Of a stretch of DNA of 64,000 nt, positions 20,791 to 31,271 are shown piece by piece. Origin of the DNA: a virus (lineage: Duplodnaviria; Caudoviricetes); the IMG/VR virus record IMGVR_UViG_2882674194_000007, positions 64,001 through 128,000 of that record. One strand, given 5' to 3'. A program made the position numbers and the translations under genes. How positions within the stretch are numbered: the first letter of the stretch is position 1; each line of letters opens with the position of its first letter. The notes under the pieces are model-generated. The model made no database searches, was not told the DNA's origin, and saw only the letters and a list, made by a program, of their open reading frames with translations.

Positions 20791-21669
20791 ATGAGCGATA
20801 AGAAAATGAAAAGAGACGATTTGGGAAATCGTATGAAAACATTTTATGAGGAGATTCCTAAAACAAGGTTAATGAGACGTTGCCCAGTTATATGTCGGAT
20901 TGATGGCAAAGCATTTCATACGTTTACAGATAAATTTAAAAGACCATTTGATAATATTCTCATAAAAACTATGCAAGAGACAGCAAAATATCTTTGTGAG
21001 AATATCCAGGGATGTCAATTAGCGTATACACAATCAGATGAAATTTCCCTGTTATTGATTGATTATCAGCGATTTGAAACCTCAGCTTGGTTTGACTATG
21101 AAATTCAGAAAATGTGTAGTATTTCTGCAAGCATGGCAACTATGGCATTTAATAAATTCTTTGTTACAAATGTATCAAGTTTTATTTGTAAAATTCATTC
21201 AACGAGAGATGAAAAAGTCATTGCAGAAAATAAAGGATATATAAATGTGTTACAAGATTCTATTTTTAAGGGTGCTATGCTTGATGCCAGAGTCTTCAAT
21301 ATTCCCAAAGAAGAAATAACTAATTATTTCTACTGGCGGCAATTAGATGCCTCAAGAAATAGTATTCAGATGGTAGGACAAGCAAATTTCAGTCATAAGG
21401 AGTTACAGTTTAAATCTTGTAATGACATTCAGGATATGCTCATGACTCAGAAAGGTATTAATTGGAATGACTTTCCTATATATCAGAAGCGTGGGAGCTG
21501 TGTGGTTAGAAATCGAATTATTCTTGAATCAGATGGCGTAAAGGAAAAGTGTATATTGCGTGATCCGAAACAGGGTGAGAATAATTGGATTGTTGATTAT
21601 GATATTCCAATTTTCAAAGGTGATGGCAGAGAATATATTGAACGGTTGGTTAATGTAGGAGAGATGTAA
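20791..21669 (+). CDS. tRNA(His) guanylyltransferase Thg1-like 3'-5' polymerase
   Basis: RIDGKAFHTFT, YTQSDEISL, DARVF, YFYWRQ.DA. Confidence 0.92.
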   Translation: MSDKKMKRDDLGNRMKTFYEEIPKTRLMRRCPVICRIDGKAFHTFTDKFKRPFDNILIKTMQETAKYLCENIQGCQLAYTQSDEISLLLIDYQRFETSAWFDYEIQKMCSISASMATMAFNKFFVTNVSSFICKIHSTRDEKVIAENKGYINVLQDSIFKGAMLDARVFNIPKEEITNYFYWRQLDASRNSIQMVGQANFSHKELQFKSCNDIQDMLMTQKGINWNDFPIYQKRGSCVVRNRIILESDGVKEKCILRDPKQGENNWIVDYDIPIFKGDGREYIERLVNVGEM

Positions 21670-22789
21670 TATGAATGAGTTTGATAAGTGTTATTTCTGT
21701 ACATGTTATGATAAATATGAAGGTTGTGAATGTGGATGTAATAATAAGTCTGGTTTCGATCCAGACCATGACAAAATTATTGCAAAGGCAAAAGAGAAGC
21801 ATATATCGGTGGCAGATGTAATTGCTTTAATGAATATTTGAGGTGGAAGAGTGAAAAGTGGAGATATTGTTATATACAGAGACGATGTAGGAACTGTGGT
21901 TACAGATTTTGAAAATAGAAAGATATTAAGATTTTTGCCTTGTAATTATGGTGTATATTCTACTTCAAGACTCAAAGTAATAACTGAGAACGATGTTAGA
22001 GAAGCAACACATGAGGAAAAACTTGACCTAATAAAAAGAGAATACCATTGGGGAAAAGTCTTAGAGATTCATTGTATTGGTGAATATCAGATTGTTGAGG
22101 CTATTAAAGATGATGGAAAAGTTCATTATCACGGATATATCAATTACAAAGATACCAATACAAGTTATTGTTCGTTGGATTCTGCTTTGGTTGGATGTAT
22201 AGGAAGAAAACATGAGGGTGGAAATGGAAATGCGGCAATGTATTTTTGCAAAATGATAGGCATTGGATAGTGATGAAACTAACATTTTAAGTTGGCGGCT
22301 GAAAGTTTGGTGTAAAGAGAAAGTTTTTAATGAAGAAGGTGTGGAATAGCCTAAAGTCATCCAGTTTTGAAAAATTAATTTCAACCGGAGAAAGGGATAT
22401 ATAGGATGAAAAAATCAGAATTGAAATCTGGAATGATTATTCAAACAACGCATAACAGATTTGGTGTAATAGAGTTAGAAAATAATCGTATTGATATTTG
22501 TTATGACCCAGATTCTATAGATAAAGTTTTAGAAAAGATTTCATTGGATGATATTTTTGAATATGGGGATGGACAATTAGGTATTGGATGTATTTTAGAT
22601 AAAGAAACAAAAGAGAGTTATCCTAATATGTATCGTAATTATGAAGTTGGCGAAAAGGTTATTTTTTATGAAATTGTAGCAATCTATAATTTGCAACAAA
22701 TATATTATAATGGTGAGGGGATATACCCATCAATAAAATTGCAATAATTATAGGAATGAAAATTTGATTTTGTGGTGTGAGGTGATAAG

Positions 22790-23146
22790 ATGACAGAGAA
22801 TGAAGCAATCGCAAGAATGAGGTACAGGATAGATACAGCAACAGAAGTAATTGGAAAGGGTTCTGATGGTAAGGCTTATGAGGATATGGAAATGGCAATC
22901 AAAGCACTTGAAGAAATTCAACAGTACAGAGTAATTGGGACAGTTGAGGAATGTCGAGAGGCACGGGAAAGGCAGATTGGGAAGAACCCCATAATTTTAA
23001 GTGAGCAATCTGTAGAATCAGAGAGAAAATTATATATAGCAAAGTATTTCAAATGTCCTACTTGTGGAAACACATCTACATATTTCGGAGGACTACCTAA
23101 TAATTGTCATAATTGTGGTCAGAGGTTGGAGAGTGATACTACATGA
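22790..23146 (+). CDS. Zinc-ribbon phage protein
   Basis: CPTCG...CHNCGQRL. Confidence 0.6.
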   Translation: MTENEAIARMRYRIDTATEVIGKGSDGKAYEDMEMAIKALEEIQQYRVIGTVEECREARERQIGKNPIILSEQSVESERKLYIAKYFKCPTCGNTSTYFGGLPNNCHNCGQRLESDTT

Positions 23147-23409
23147 TCTACCAAATAGCAGATCAAAAGCATCCATTTATGGGACTATACAACAAGGTTT
23201 GTAAAACCCCTGTTTATTGGTGTCGATTACATCAAGTCTGGTTGTCTGATGATGATGTAAAGAAGAAACAATGTAAATGTAAACAGACTTTTGACATGGT
23301 TGGTACATATTGTTGCGGAAATTTAGTCAAGAAATCAATAAAATGAAACTTTTAAGAGGAGAAAAGAGAAATATTAAATTATAAAACAAAATGAAAAAGG
23401 AGAAAAATT

Positions 23410-24177
23410 ATGTGTAATTTTAAAAGCGGAATTATTTTAAAGAACAAAGTGGTTTTAGCACCAGAAGGAAATGAGAGTCATTCAGATTTATTGGAGAGTC
23501 TTGGTATTGAAGATAATCATATAAATGCAACAAAAACATTTGTAAGAGCAGAATTGATTCCAAAAAACAATGACAAAATGACGGATGTAAAAGAGTGGAG
23601 ATATAAAGTTGATCAGGATATTGTACCTGATTGGTATGAGAAAGATCCAGAGAGATATGAAAAGGAATTCAGAGATGCAGTTGAAAAGTATATGGAAGAT
23701 TGGAGGAAGAAATTCAAATATATTTGTGGGTATTATTGGACAAGTGTACAGGATGGAGATCGTACATATTATTTTATGAATAGTATCCTTAAAAAGTCTG
23801 AGTTTGGTAAGACAAATAATTACGCAGAATCTTATGTACGCAAGGAGCTTGTTAATAGTGAGTTAGCTGAATCTTTAAAGAAAGAATTTGGAGACAAATT
23901 ACTTCCTATTTCGCTGGATTTGACATCAATGGATGGATTTAAGGATTATGATATGGTAGAAGGCGACATTCTCGCGATTACTAATATTCAGTTGTTAATG
24001 AAATTCGGAGAAAGCATTCCATTGATTGATAATTGGTATTGGCTTGCTACACCTAATCAGACACCCAAAAGAGGAGATGCCCGCTGTGTTCAGTTTGTTA
24101 ACTCCTGTGGCTATGTGTGCTACAACGTCTGTGGCTATGACGGGGGCGTGCGTCCGTTTTTTATCCTTAAATCTTAA
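23410..24177 (+). CDS. DGR target protein with C-terminal CLec-like variable domain
   Basis: WYWLATP...GGVRPFF C-terminus encoded by the VR. Confidence 0.9.
   Translation: MCNFKSGIILKNKVVLAPEGNESHSDLLESLGIEDNHINATKTFVRAELIPKNNDKMTDVKEWRYKVDQDIVPDWYEKDPERYEKEFRDAVEKYMEDWRKKFKYICGYYWTSVQDGDRTYYFMNSILKKSEFGKTNNYAESYVRKELVNSELAESLKKEFGDKLLPISLDLTSMDGFKDYDMVEGDILAITNIQLLMKFGESIPLIDNWYWLATPNQTPKRGDARCVQFVNSCGYVCYNVCGYDGGVRPFFILKS
24078..24158 (+). repeat. DGR variable repeat (VR)
   Basis: Aligns to TR at +590 nt; 15 mismatches at TR adenines, 2 at non-A positions. Confidence 0.93.
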
Positions 24178-24219
24178 ATCTTTGAATCTTGCGAGAATCT
24201 TTCGGATAGCCAGGAATTA

Positions 24220-24238
24220 GGCGCTGCGTAGCAGTGCC
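24220..24238 (+). promoter_or_regulatory. DGR target-recognition hairpin
   Basis: GGCGCTGC-GTA-GCAGTGCC downstream of the VR. Confidence 0.7.
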
Positions 24239-24278
24239 GTGGCTTGTCGATGAGCGACTGAAAGGAGCGGAGTAGCCA

Positions 24279-24647
24279 GTGAGCGAAGCGAAACTGGATG
24301 TTATTGTAAAATCAATTAATCTTATGGAATATACCATGACAATTACATCAAACCGAAAGAGGTATCCAGTTAAGCATTTGACATTGGTAAAACGCATCCA
24401 AAATCGCTGTATGGATATATATGAATATTTGCTTGATGCGAATAGGCTGAAATTGGATACTTCAAAATTAGAACGTCAGGAATTACAAACAAAAGCAATT
24501 TCGTGTTGTGATAAATTGTCCTGTTATGTAGAACTTTCTATGAAGTTAAATTTGATTGGAAGTGATACAGTTGAATATTGGCAGAAACAAATAAATGATG
24601 TGAAATATATGAGCATTGCTTGGCGTTCAAAAGATAAAGAGAGATAA
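24279..24647 (+). CDS. avd: DGR accessory variability determinant (four-helix bundle)
   Basis: 122-aa helical, basic protein (RYPVKH...W...I..V...W) between target and TR. Confidence 0.85.
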   Translation: MSEAKLDVIVKSINLMEYTMTITSNRKRYPVKHLTLVKRIQNRCMDIYEYLLDANRLKLDTSKLERQELQTKAISCCDKLSCYVELSMKLNLIGSDTVEYWQKQINDVKYMSIAWRSKDKER

Positions 24648-24667
24648 TTTTAGGTTGTTTGTTGTAT

Positions 24668-24748
24668 AACCCACTATGTTCAGTACGTTAACTCCAATGG
24701 CAATGTGAACTACAACGACTGTGACTATGACAAAGGTGTGCGTCCGTT
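24668..24748 (+). repeat. DGR template repeat (TR)
   Basis: AAC/AAT-rich copy of the VR, flanked by a 12-bp inverted repeat 24652-24663 / 24810-24821 with one G-U pair. Confidence 0.93.
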
Positions 24749-24867
24749 CTGGATCGGAAGACGAAAGAAAGTAAGAGAAACACTGAAATTAGAGTCCCGA
24801 TATCAAAAGAATAAACAACCTTTCCTAGCTCAAAAATGTCAGGATAAATACAAAGGAACAAAATTTT

Positions 24868-25905
24868 ATGATAGAAGATAAATCAGATTTTGAAAAAGTA
24901 GTAGATTTCGGTAATTTGTATCAAGCATATTTAAAATCTAAATCAGGCAAAGGGTTTTCAAAAAGCAGTCAGAAATTTCAAGTGGCAACTCTTGATGGTA
25001 TCCATCAGATAAAGAGAAGATTAGAAACAAAAACATATCAAGTATCAAAATACAATGAATTTACAATATACGAACCGAAAGAAAGAGTCATTAAAGCATG
25101 TTCGTTTGTAGATAAAATTGTACAACATAGTTTGTGTGATAATGTACTTATTCCCAAATTGAGTAAAGAGTTTATTCAAACAAATTATGCTGGGCAGATT
25201 GATAAAGGTACATTATATGGTTTGGATTGTCTGAAATCACAAATGTATTTAGCATATCAGAAATATGGATATGATTGTTGGATTGTAAAAGCTGATATAA
25301 GTAAATTCTTTTATAATATTGACCACAATATTTTGAAGGATATTGTTGGTTATTTTATAGAAGATAAGGATGTGTATTGGTTGTGTGAGAAATTCATTGA
25401 TAGTACAGAAGGGTTAGGGCTTCCTCTGGGGAATCAGATTAGCCAAGTGTATGCGCTTTTATATTTATCAGGTTTGGATCATTTTATTACTGGTGAACTT
25501 GGAGTGAAATACTATGGAAGGTACATGGATGATTTTTATTTGATTGTCCAATGTAAAGAATATGCAAAATGGTGTTTATCTGCGATTTATGAATTTGTAT
25601 ATACATTAGGACTTGAATTAAATGATAAGACACAAATTATTCCGTTTAAGAATGGAATTAAGTTTTGCGGATTTCATACATATGTCACTTTAGATGGCAA
25701 AGTTATCCGAAAGCTGAAGAACGAAAATAAGCGTGTTGCTAAAAAGAAATTTAAGAAAATGGTTGGATTAGTGAGGTGTGGTAAACTTAGCAAAGATAAA
25801 TTTTATGAGAGTTACAATGCTTGGAAAAATCATATATCACATGGCAATTGTGTGAAATTAGGATATGAGATGGATAGATATGTAGAAGAGTTATTTGGAA
25901 AATAA
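24868..25905 (+). CDS. DGR reverse transcriptase
   Basis: LPLGNQISQ (DGR-type LGxxxSQ), RYMDD, KADISKFF. Confidence 0.95.
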   Translation: MIEDKSDFEKVVDFGNLYQAYLKSKSGKGFSKSSQKFQVATLDGIHQIKRRLETKTYQVSKYNEFTIYEPKERVIKACSFVDKIVQHSLCDNVLIPKLSKEFIQTNYAGQIDKGTLYGLDCLKSQMYLAYQKYGYDCWIVKADISKFFYNIDHNILKDIVGYFIEDKDVYWLCEKFIDSTEGLGLPLGNQISQVYALLYLSGLDHFITGELGVKYYGRYMDDFYLIVQCKEYAKWCLSAIYEFVYTLGLELNDKTQIIPFKNGIKFCGFHTYVTLDGKVIRKLKNENKRVAKKKFKKMVGLVRCGKLSKDKFYESYNAWKNHISHGNCVKLGYEMDRYVEELFGK

Positions 25906-26244
25906 AAGAGAGGTTCATTATGAATTACGAGGTAGAAGATCAGTATAACGTTTTTATCAAAGATGTAGAAACAGGTTTACTTTCTCACGAATTATATTTA
26001 AGAGAAGACGAGTACGAAGATGAATATTCTCACAGTGTGATTGATAGAGGACATGTATTATTATCTGAAAGAATTAGAAAATATCTACATGATAAATTAC
26101 CCAATCAGTATTGTGTATTTGTAGATTGGTGTGTTCGTGTTATGTCAGTAGAGATGGCAGAAAAGAAAAATATTAGCAATTATAAAAACTATATTGTTAA
26201 GTAGTTGAAACACGAGTTTCATAGATGAGGAGTGAGAAAGATAA

Positions 26245-26736
26245 ATGTTAAAGCCAGCACAATTATATAAAGATGAATTGCAGAAGAGAAACATTGAAAC
26301 ATGGTATGACCAGAGATATATGTATTATCACAGCGGAACAGGCGCATATGATATTCAGTTTGCGGATAATAATTGCGATAAGCACCAGTTTGTGTCTGTA
26401 GACAAAGATGATAATGTACTTGGTTATATATCTTACAAAATTGATTGGTGCGCTTTAAATGCTGACAACTTTGGAATTATAAGCTATGACATGGGAAATG
26501 TTGAATTTGCAAAAGACTGTTATAAAGTGGTATGTGATTTATTTGAAAAGTATCACATGAATAGAGTTGGATGGTTTGCTTTTGCTGATAATCCTGCAAT
26601 TAGAGGGTATAGAAGTTTTATAAAGAAACATGGAGGTAGGGAATGTGCTTATTTGCGGCAGATTTCTAAACTTACAGACGGAAATTTACATGACGCTGTT
26701 GAATTTGAAATATTGGCAGAGGAATTTATTCGATAA
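26245..26736 (+). CDS. GNAT/RimL-like acetyltransferase-fold protein
   Basis: LGYISY...FEKYHMNRV...DNPA...HGG...DGNLHD pattern; single-gene unit between sites 26206 and 26734. Confidence 0.6.
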   Translation: MLKPAQLYKDELQKRNIETWYDQRYMYYHSGTGAYDIQFADNNCDKHQFVSVDKDDNVLGYISYKIDWCALNADNFGIISYDMGNVEFAKDCYKVVCDLFEKYHMNRVGWFAFADNPAIRGYRSFIKKHGGRECAYLRQISKLTDGNLHDAVEFEILAEEFIR

Positions 26737-27222
26737 ATCGAAGGTTTCAAGGAAGGAGCGTGAGTAATATTAAAGAAAATATGATTAAAACGCAAATAGG
26801 TAAAAATATATTTCATGAATATGATTCAAATTCACTTTTTGATCGAAATATAGAAGAATTTCATAATATGACAAAAGACCATACTGAAATTTTAGGTCAA
26901 TTTCTTGATTTTACAGCAATGAGTATAGAACAACTTAAAGAGTGTTTGTTAAGTGGTTATATACACATGGATAGAGGTAAGTTTATTAGCAGATGAATGA
27001 AACATTTCAACTGAGGAGGTAGATAAAGTGAAGCCTTGGGGAGGCAATGAACTTGATTATCGTGGATGTAAAATAAAGAATAATAAAAGAGAAAAATGCC
27101 TTTATATTTATGATAGTAAAGGAAATTTTCTCTTTAAAGTAGATAATTATAATCATGGAGCCATATCAAGTGCTAAAGAGTCTATTGATATTTTGATTAA
27201 AAGATATGAACAATTATAGAAT

Positions 27223-27333
27223 AGTAAAATAAGCACTCTGATAACTTTGGCGAGCTGCAGAGTGCTTATCCAACACAAAACGGTAATCCGTCTTGATGAA
27301 TCTTATTATAACAATTCTAAAAGACTTATTCAA
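27223..27333 (-). ncRNA. Putative small antisense RNA with promoter and terminator
   Basis: Minus-strand TTGAAT(27333)-17-TATAAT(27310); 11-bp hairpin TAAGCACTCTG/CAGAGTGCTTA (27230-27268) plus U tract. Confidence 0.5.
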
Positions 27334-27791
27334 GTCGGTTTTCACTACAAAAATAAAACGGAGGATAATTTGAAATTAGAAAGACGTAAAAGTGTATGTG
27401 AGGAATACAGATGTGATTTGACTAAAGAATTAGATGATATGTCTGGTATCTCAAAACAACATTATTATGATATGTTCCATCATTATATATTAGCAGATGA
27501 ATGGTGTAAAAAAGAAAAATGTCTTGCTATCAGGGTTCCAGGAGGAACAGTTGGTGGTATTCATTTTAATGATAACAATACTATTACCAAAATAGTAATT
27601 GATATAGATTATGTTGTAAAAACATATCCATCTAATGTAAATGATCTAATTCAAAAGTATATTGGAGAAGTAATAGAGTGGTAAGCGGTTGAAATAAATC
27701 TTTCAAAGAAATAGAAATAGTAACTATAAAAACGAAAGGAGTAAGAGGTTTGCTGGCCAGCATGAAAGACTGTCTTTACTCCAAAATGTAA

Positions 27792-29414
27792 TTGAGAGAA
27801 AGAGTAAAATTAACAGCAAATATTTTGTTCTCTGGTATTGGATGCCAGGAACGTGGCTTTAGAGATTCAGGATTATTTGATATAGAAGTGCTAAATACAT
27901 CAGATATAAACAAAGAATCAGTCTTGTCATATGCAGCCATTCATTGTGGAATGACAAATGAAATGGTTGATACATATACAGATTATCCTTCAAGAGAGGA
28001 AATGGCGCAGTATTTAACTGATATCAATTTAGGATATAAACCAGAAAAGGATAAATATTTTGATTGGTTTAAGCTAATAGAGAGAAAGAAAAATGATTTA
28101 GAGAAGTATTGGTTAGCTTGCAAATTGACACATAATCTTGGAGATATTACTAAAATTGAAGATTTACCATATGCAGATTTTTGTACTGTTAGCTTTCCTT
28201 GCCAGTCGATTTCTGTTGCCGGCAAAATGAAAGGGTTAAAACCAGATAGCGGAACAAGAAGCAGCTTGTTGTGGGATAATATTAGACTTCTAAGCAAAGC
28301 AAAAGAAAATAATAAACTTCCACAATACATAATGTTTGAGAATGTAAAAAATCTTGTAAGCAAGAAATTTATTGCTGATTTTAATGATCTACTGGATGTA
28401 TTAGATGAGTTGGGATTTAATTCTTATTGGTCTGTGATAAACGGAAAAGATTGTGGAATTCCTCAATCAAGAGAAAGAGTATTTGTAATTTCAATCAGAA
28501 AAGACATTGATAAAGGTAAGTATGAGTTTCCTGTTCCGTTTGATACTGGTATTCGTTTGAAAGATGTTTTAGAGAATCAGGTTGACGAAAAATATTATTT
28601 ACCAGATGAAAAAGTTCAGGAATTTCTTAAAACTATTGATTTATCACAGTTTCGTAAAGAAGATAATAAACTTCATCAACTTGGATATATAAATGATTAC
28701 AATGGAGATGCGAACAGAATATATTCGGATAATGTGGCTAGGACTTTGAAATCTGAAGCTGGTGGAGGGGCAAAAACAGGATGGTATGCAACAAAAAATG
28801 AAATTTTAAAAGTTGGAAAAATTAGTTCGTCTCAGGATGGAATTGTTGCATCGCCAGAGGGAGTATCAAAGACACATACCGCAGGACATAATAATATGCC
28901 CAAAATTATTTGTGGAATAGATAAGTCGATTAATGATCCGCAGATACTTGAAAGTGCAAATTGTATAACTTCGAGAGAAGATAGGGGAGTAAGCAATAGA
29001 AAAGCTGAAGGAACGGCAATACTTGAATATAATACCAATAAAATTCTAGCAATTGGTCAGGTGTCAAATGAAGGATCTCAAGCAGGAAAAGTATATAGTA
29101 TGGAAGGAGTCAGTCAAACTATTTGTGCATGTACACATGGATATGCAATAGGAAATATATTTGATTATACCAGAATTCGTAAATTAACTCCAAGGGAGTG
29201 TTATAGACTTATGGGACTTACATTTGAAGATTGTGACAAAGCTACAGAATTAGGTGTTGTTGATACTCATTTGTATAAGCAAGCTGGCAATGGTATAATT
29301 ACAAATTCCTGCGCATTGTTGGCTGAACATTTATATAAGGCACAATATGATGATACATATATCTGTACAGATGAGAGGTTACAAGGAAATTTTACCAAAC
29401 CACAAGCGGAGTGA
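27792..29414 (+). CDS. C5-cytosine DNA methyltransferase, probably multispecific
   Basis: LFSGIG (I), SFPCQ (IV), ENV (VI), PQSRER (VIII), QAGNG (X); long repeated variable region. Confidence 0.93.
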   Translation: MRERVKLTANILFSGIGCQERGFRDSGLFDIEVLNTSDINKESVLSYAAIHCGMTNEMVDTYTDYPSREEMAQYLTDINLGYKPEKDKYFDWFKLIERKKNDLEKYWLACKLTHNLGDITKIEDLPYADFCTVSFPCQSISVAGKMKGLKPDSGTRSSLLWDNIRLLSKAKENNKLPQYIMFENVKNLVSKKFIADFNDLLDVLDELGFNSYWSVINGKDCGIPQSRERVFVISIRKDIDKGKYEFPVPFDTGIRLKDVLENQVDEKYYLPDEKVQEFLKTIDLSQFRKEDNKLHQLGYINDYNGDANRIYSDNVARTLKSEAGGGAKTGWYATKNEILKVGKISSSQDGIVASPEGVSKTHTAGHNNMPKIICGIDKSINDPQILESANCITSREDRGVSNRKAEGTAILEYNTNKILAIGQVSNEGSQAGKVYSMEGVSQTICACTHGYAIGNIFDYTRIRKLTPRECYRLMGLTFEDCDKATELGVVDTHLYKQAGNGIITNSCALLAEHLYKAQYDDTYICTDERLQGNFTKPQAE

Positions 29415-29923
29415 ATTCTGCTTGTGGTGAAGAAGATATATTGCTGGCAGCACTTAAATATCAACGCACAGAATACGCAAAGAAAATCAGAAAGGACTAT
29501 GAAGCAGGTAGAATTCAGGAACGTAGATGTAACATGAGAGAATATACTCTTAGGACAGATGGGCTTTGCAATACGATAACTACTGTTACGAAAGACAATT
29601 ATATAGCTGTTGGTGCTGCTATGCGTGGTAGATATAATTCTGATGGAAAAATAGAACAGCAGATAGAAGTAAGAGAAGATGAATTGTCTAATGCTATTAC
29701 AACTGTTCAGAAGGATAGTTTGGTTGTAGAGAAGAAGTCATGACTTGAAAAGAAATATGCAGAATTTTATGAAAAGCATGGTTATATTCCTGAGTATTTT
29801 GTTCCTTACAATGGAACTGAATGTACAGATTATGCACCAACTTTAACTGCAAATTCTAATACAAGTCCAACACATTCTGGAACAGTTTTGATTATGGAGA
29901 TTGGCAAAGAAAACAAGTCTTAA
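29411..29923 (+). pseudogene. Stand-alone methyltransferase TRD-like ORF with in-frame TGA at 29741-29743
   Basis: CNTITTVTKD, SNAITTVQKD, then APTLTANS after the TGA; ends at TAA in site 29921. Confidence 0.55.
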
Positions 29924-30328
29924 AACCCACGATTCAAGGATGGAGGAGGAAAGAAATTGAAAAAACTTGTTACAACACCGCTCCCTAATACGATTTGGTG
30001 GGCGAATGTAAATGAAGAAAAAGGAATTATAACTGGTGATAAAAAAGATGTTACTGATAATGCTATTGATGCTGTTTTTCAGCACTTAATAGGACAAGAA
30101 AAATTCAAGGAAACTGGATTTACTGGTTATCAAATACCCAAAAAGAATAGTGAAGAATATATAACTATGGCAGTTTTTAAGAGTAATACTCATGTGTGTC
30201 TCACAAAAGAAGTGTATGAGGAACTGAAGAATTATATGAGAATGTATGATGAATTGGTGACAAAAACAGGAATTACATAAATAGTCTTGAAATCTGCGAT
30301 TTATCGTGTGTGGAGGTGAATTTAGTGG

Positions 30329-30622
30329 ATGGACATTACAGAACATGCAGAACAAAGACTGAAAGAAAGATGTGGATTTGTCAAAAAATCACGAGATAGA
30401 ATGGCAGAGAAAGCGTTTAATGAAGGAATAACTCACAGTCAAACAAAAGGGAGACTAAACAAGTGGATCACAAGTTTATATTTTAAAAACTGTGCTGCAA
30501 ACAACATTAGAATTTATGGAGACAATGCGTACATATTTTGTGGAGAAACACTTGTAACGATTATTCCTGTACCTGTCAGTTTGAAAAAAGATATGAACAA
30601 GATGATTAAGGTGAAGGGATAG
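30329..30622 (+). CDS. RelE-like/DUF4258-type small protein
   Basis: ITEHAEQRLKER...LVTI. Confidence 0.45.
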   Translation: MDITEHAEQRLKERCGFVKKSRDRMAEKAFNEGITHSQTKGRLNKWITSLYFKNCAANNIRIYGDNAYIFCGETLVTIIPVPVSLKKDMNKMIKVKG

Positions 30623-30629
30623 ATAAACA

Positions 30630-31271
30630 ATGAAGAAATTAAAAAATAAAACACTACAAGCATTTTTAGATAATCTTGTAGAAGCATTAAAAGACGAAAA
30701 TGAAAATAGGGGATGGGATAATAAAAATGAAGAAAATAAGGAATCAATTTTTGATATTCCATTTTTAGTATCTTCTTTGTGGCAAGCATTTAGAGAAAAA
30801 CTAGATACATATACAGATTTTATTAAATGTTTAAATCATACATTCTACCAAATTCATATTGTAAAATCGGATGATAATTATTATGGAATCTGTAAAGCCA
30901 TAGTAACTTTTTATGATTCAAAAGAAACTAAAGATTTTCAGTATGAAATAGATTTTTTGTACAATCAGAGAGATTGGGGATATTGTCAATGTACTCCTGA
31001 CATGAAAGATTATCGTGAAGACAAGCATTGTTGCGGTCATGGTTGTGACTGGTGGGCACCATCTTTTGAAATTAGGAAAAGCTATCGCATTAACATTCAA
31101 TCATGGGATGGTGATGAACACGATTATTGGGATTTTGAAGATGAATTTTATTTGAGCGATAAGGAACTTGCTGAGAAAAAGGAGAATGAAGATAGAGAAA
31201 GAGAGATTTGGGAATTAAAGAGTAGAATTGAAGCGGATCAGAAACGATTGGCTGAGTTGGAGAATAAATAA
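30630..31271 (+). CDS. Hypothetical Cys/His-rich protein
   Basis: 213-aa ORF. Confidence 0.6.
   Translation: MKKLKNKTLQAFLDNLVEALKDENENRGWDNKNEENKESIFDIPFLVSSLWQAFREKLDTYTDFIKCLNHTFYQIHIVKSDDNYYGICKAIVTFYDSKETKDFQYEIDFLYNQRDWGYCQCTPDMKDYREDKHCCGHGCDWWAPSFEIRKSYRINIQSWDGDEHDYWDFEDEFYLSDKELAEKKENEDREREIWELKSRIEADQKRLAELENK

Larger units (their letters stand above)
23410..25905 (+). mobile_element. Diversity-generating retroelement (target-VR, hairpin, avd, TR, RT)
   Basis: All components present in canonical order; VR/TR differences are adenine-specific. Confidence 0.95.

Noticed and set aside
24868-25905. RT as group II intron or retron
   Set aside because: No maturase/endonuclease extension or retron VTG motif; the TR/VR pair and avd identify a DGR.
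10992-29923. Genome-wide TGA recoding
   Set aside because: Only two in-frame TGAs were seen, while TGA terminates many well-defined genes (yefM-linked yoeB, Fic, dnaB); no suppressor tRNA is visible.
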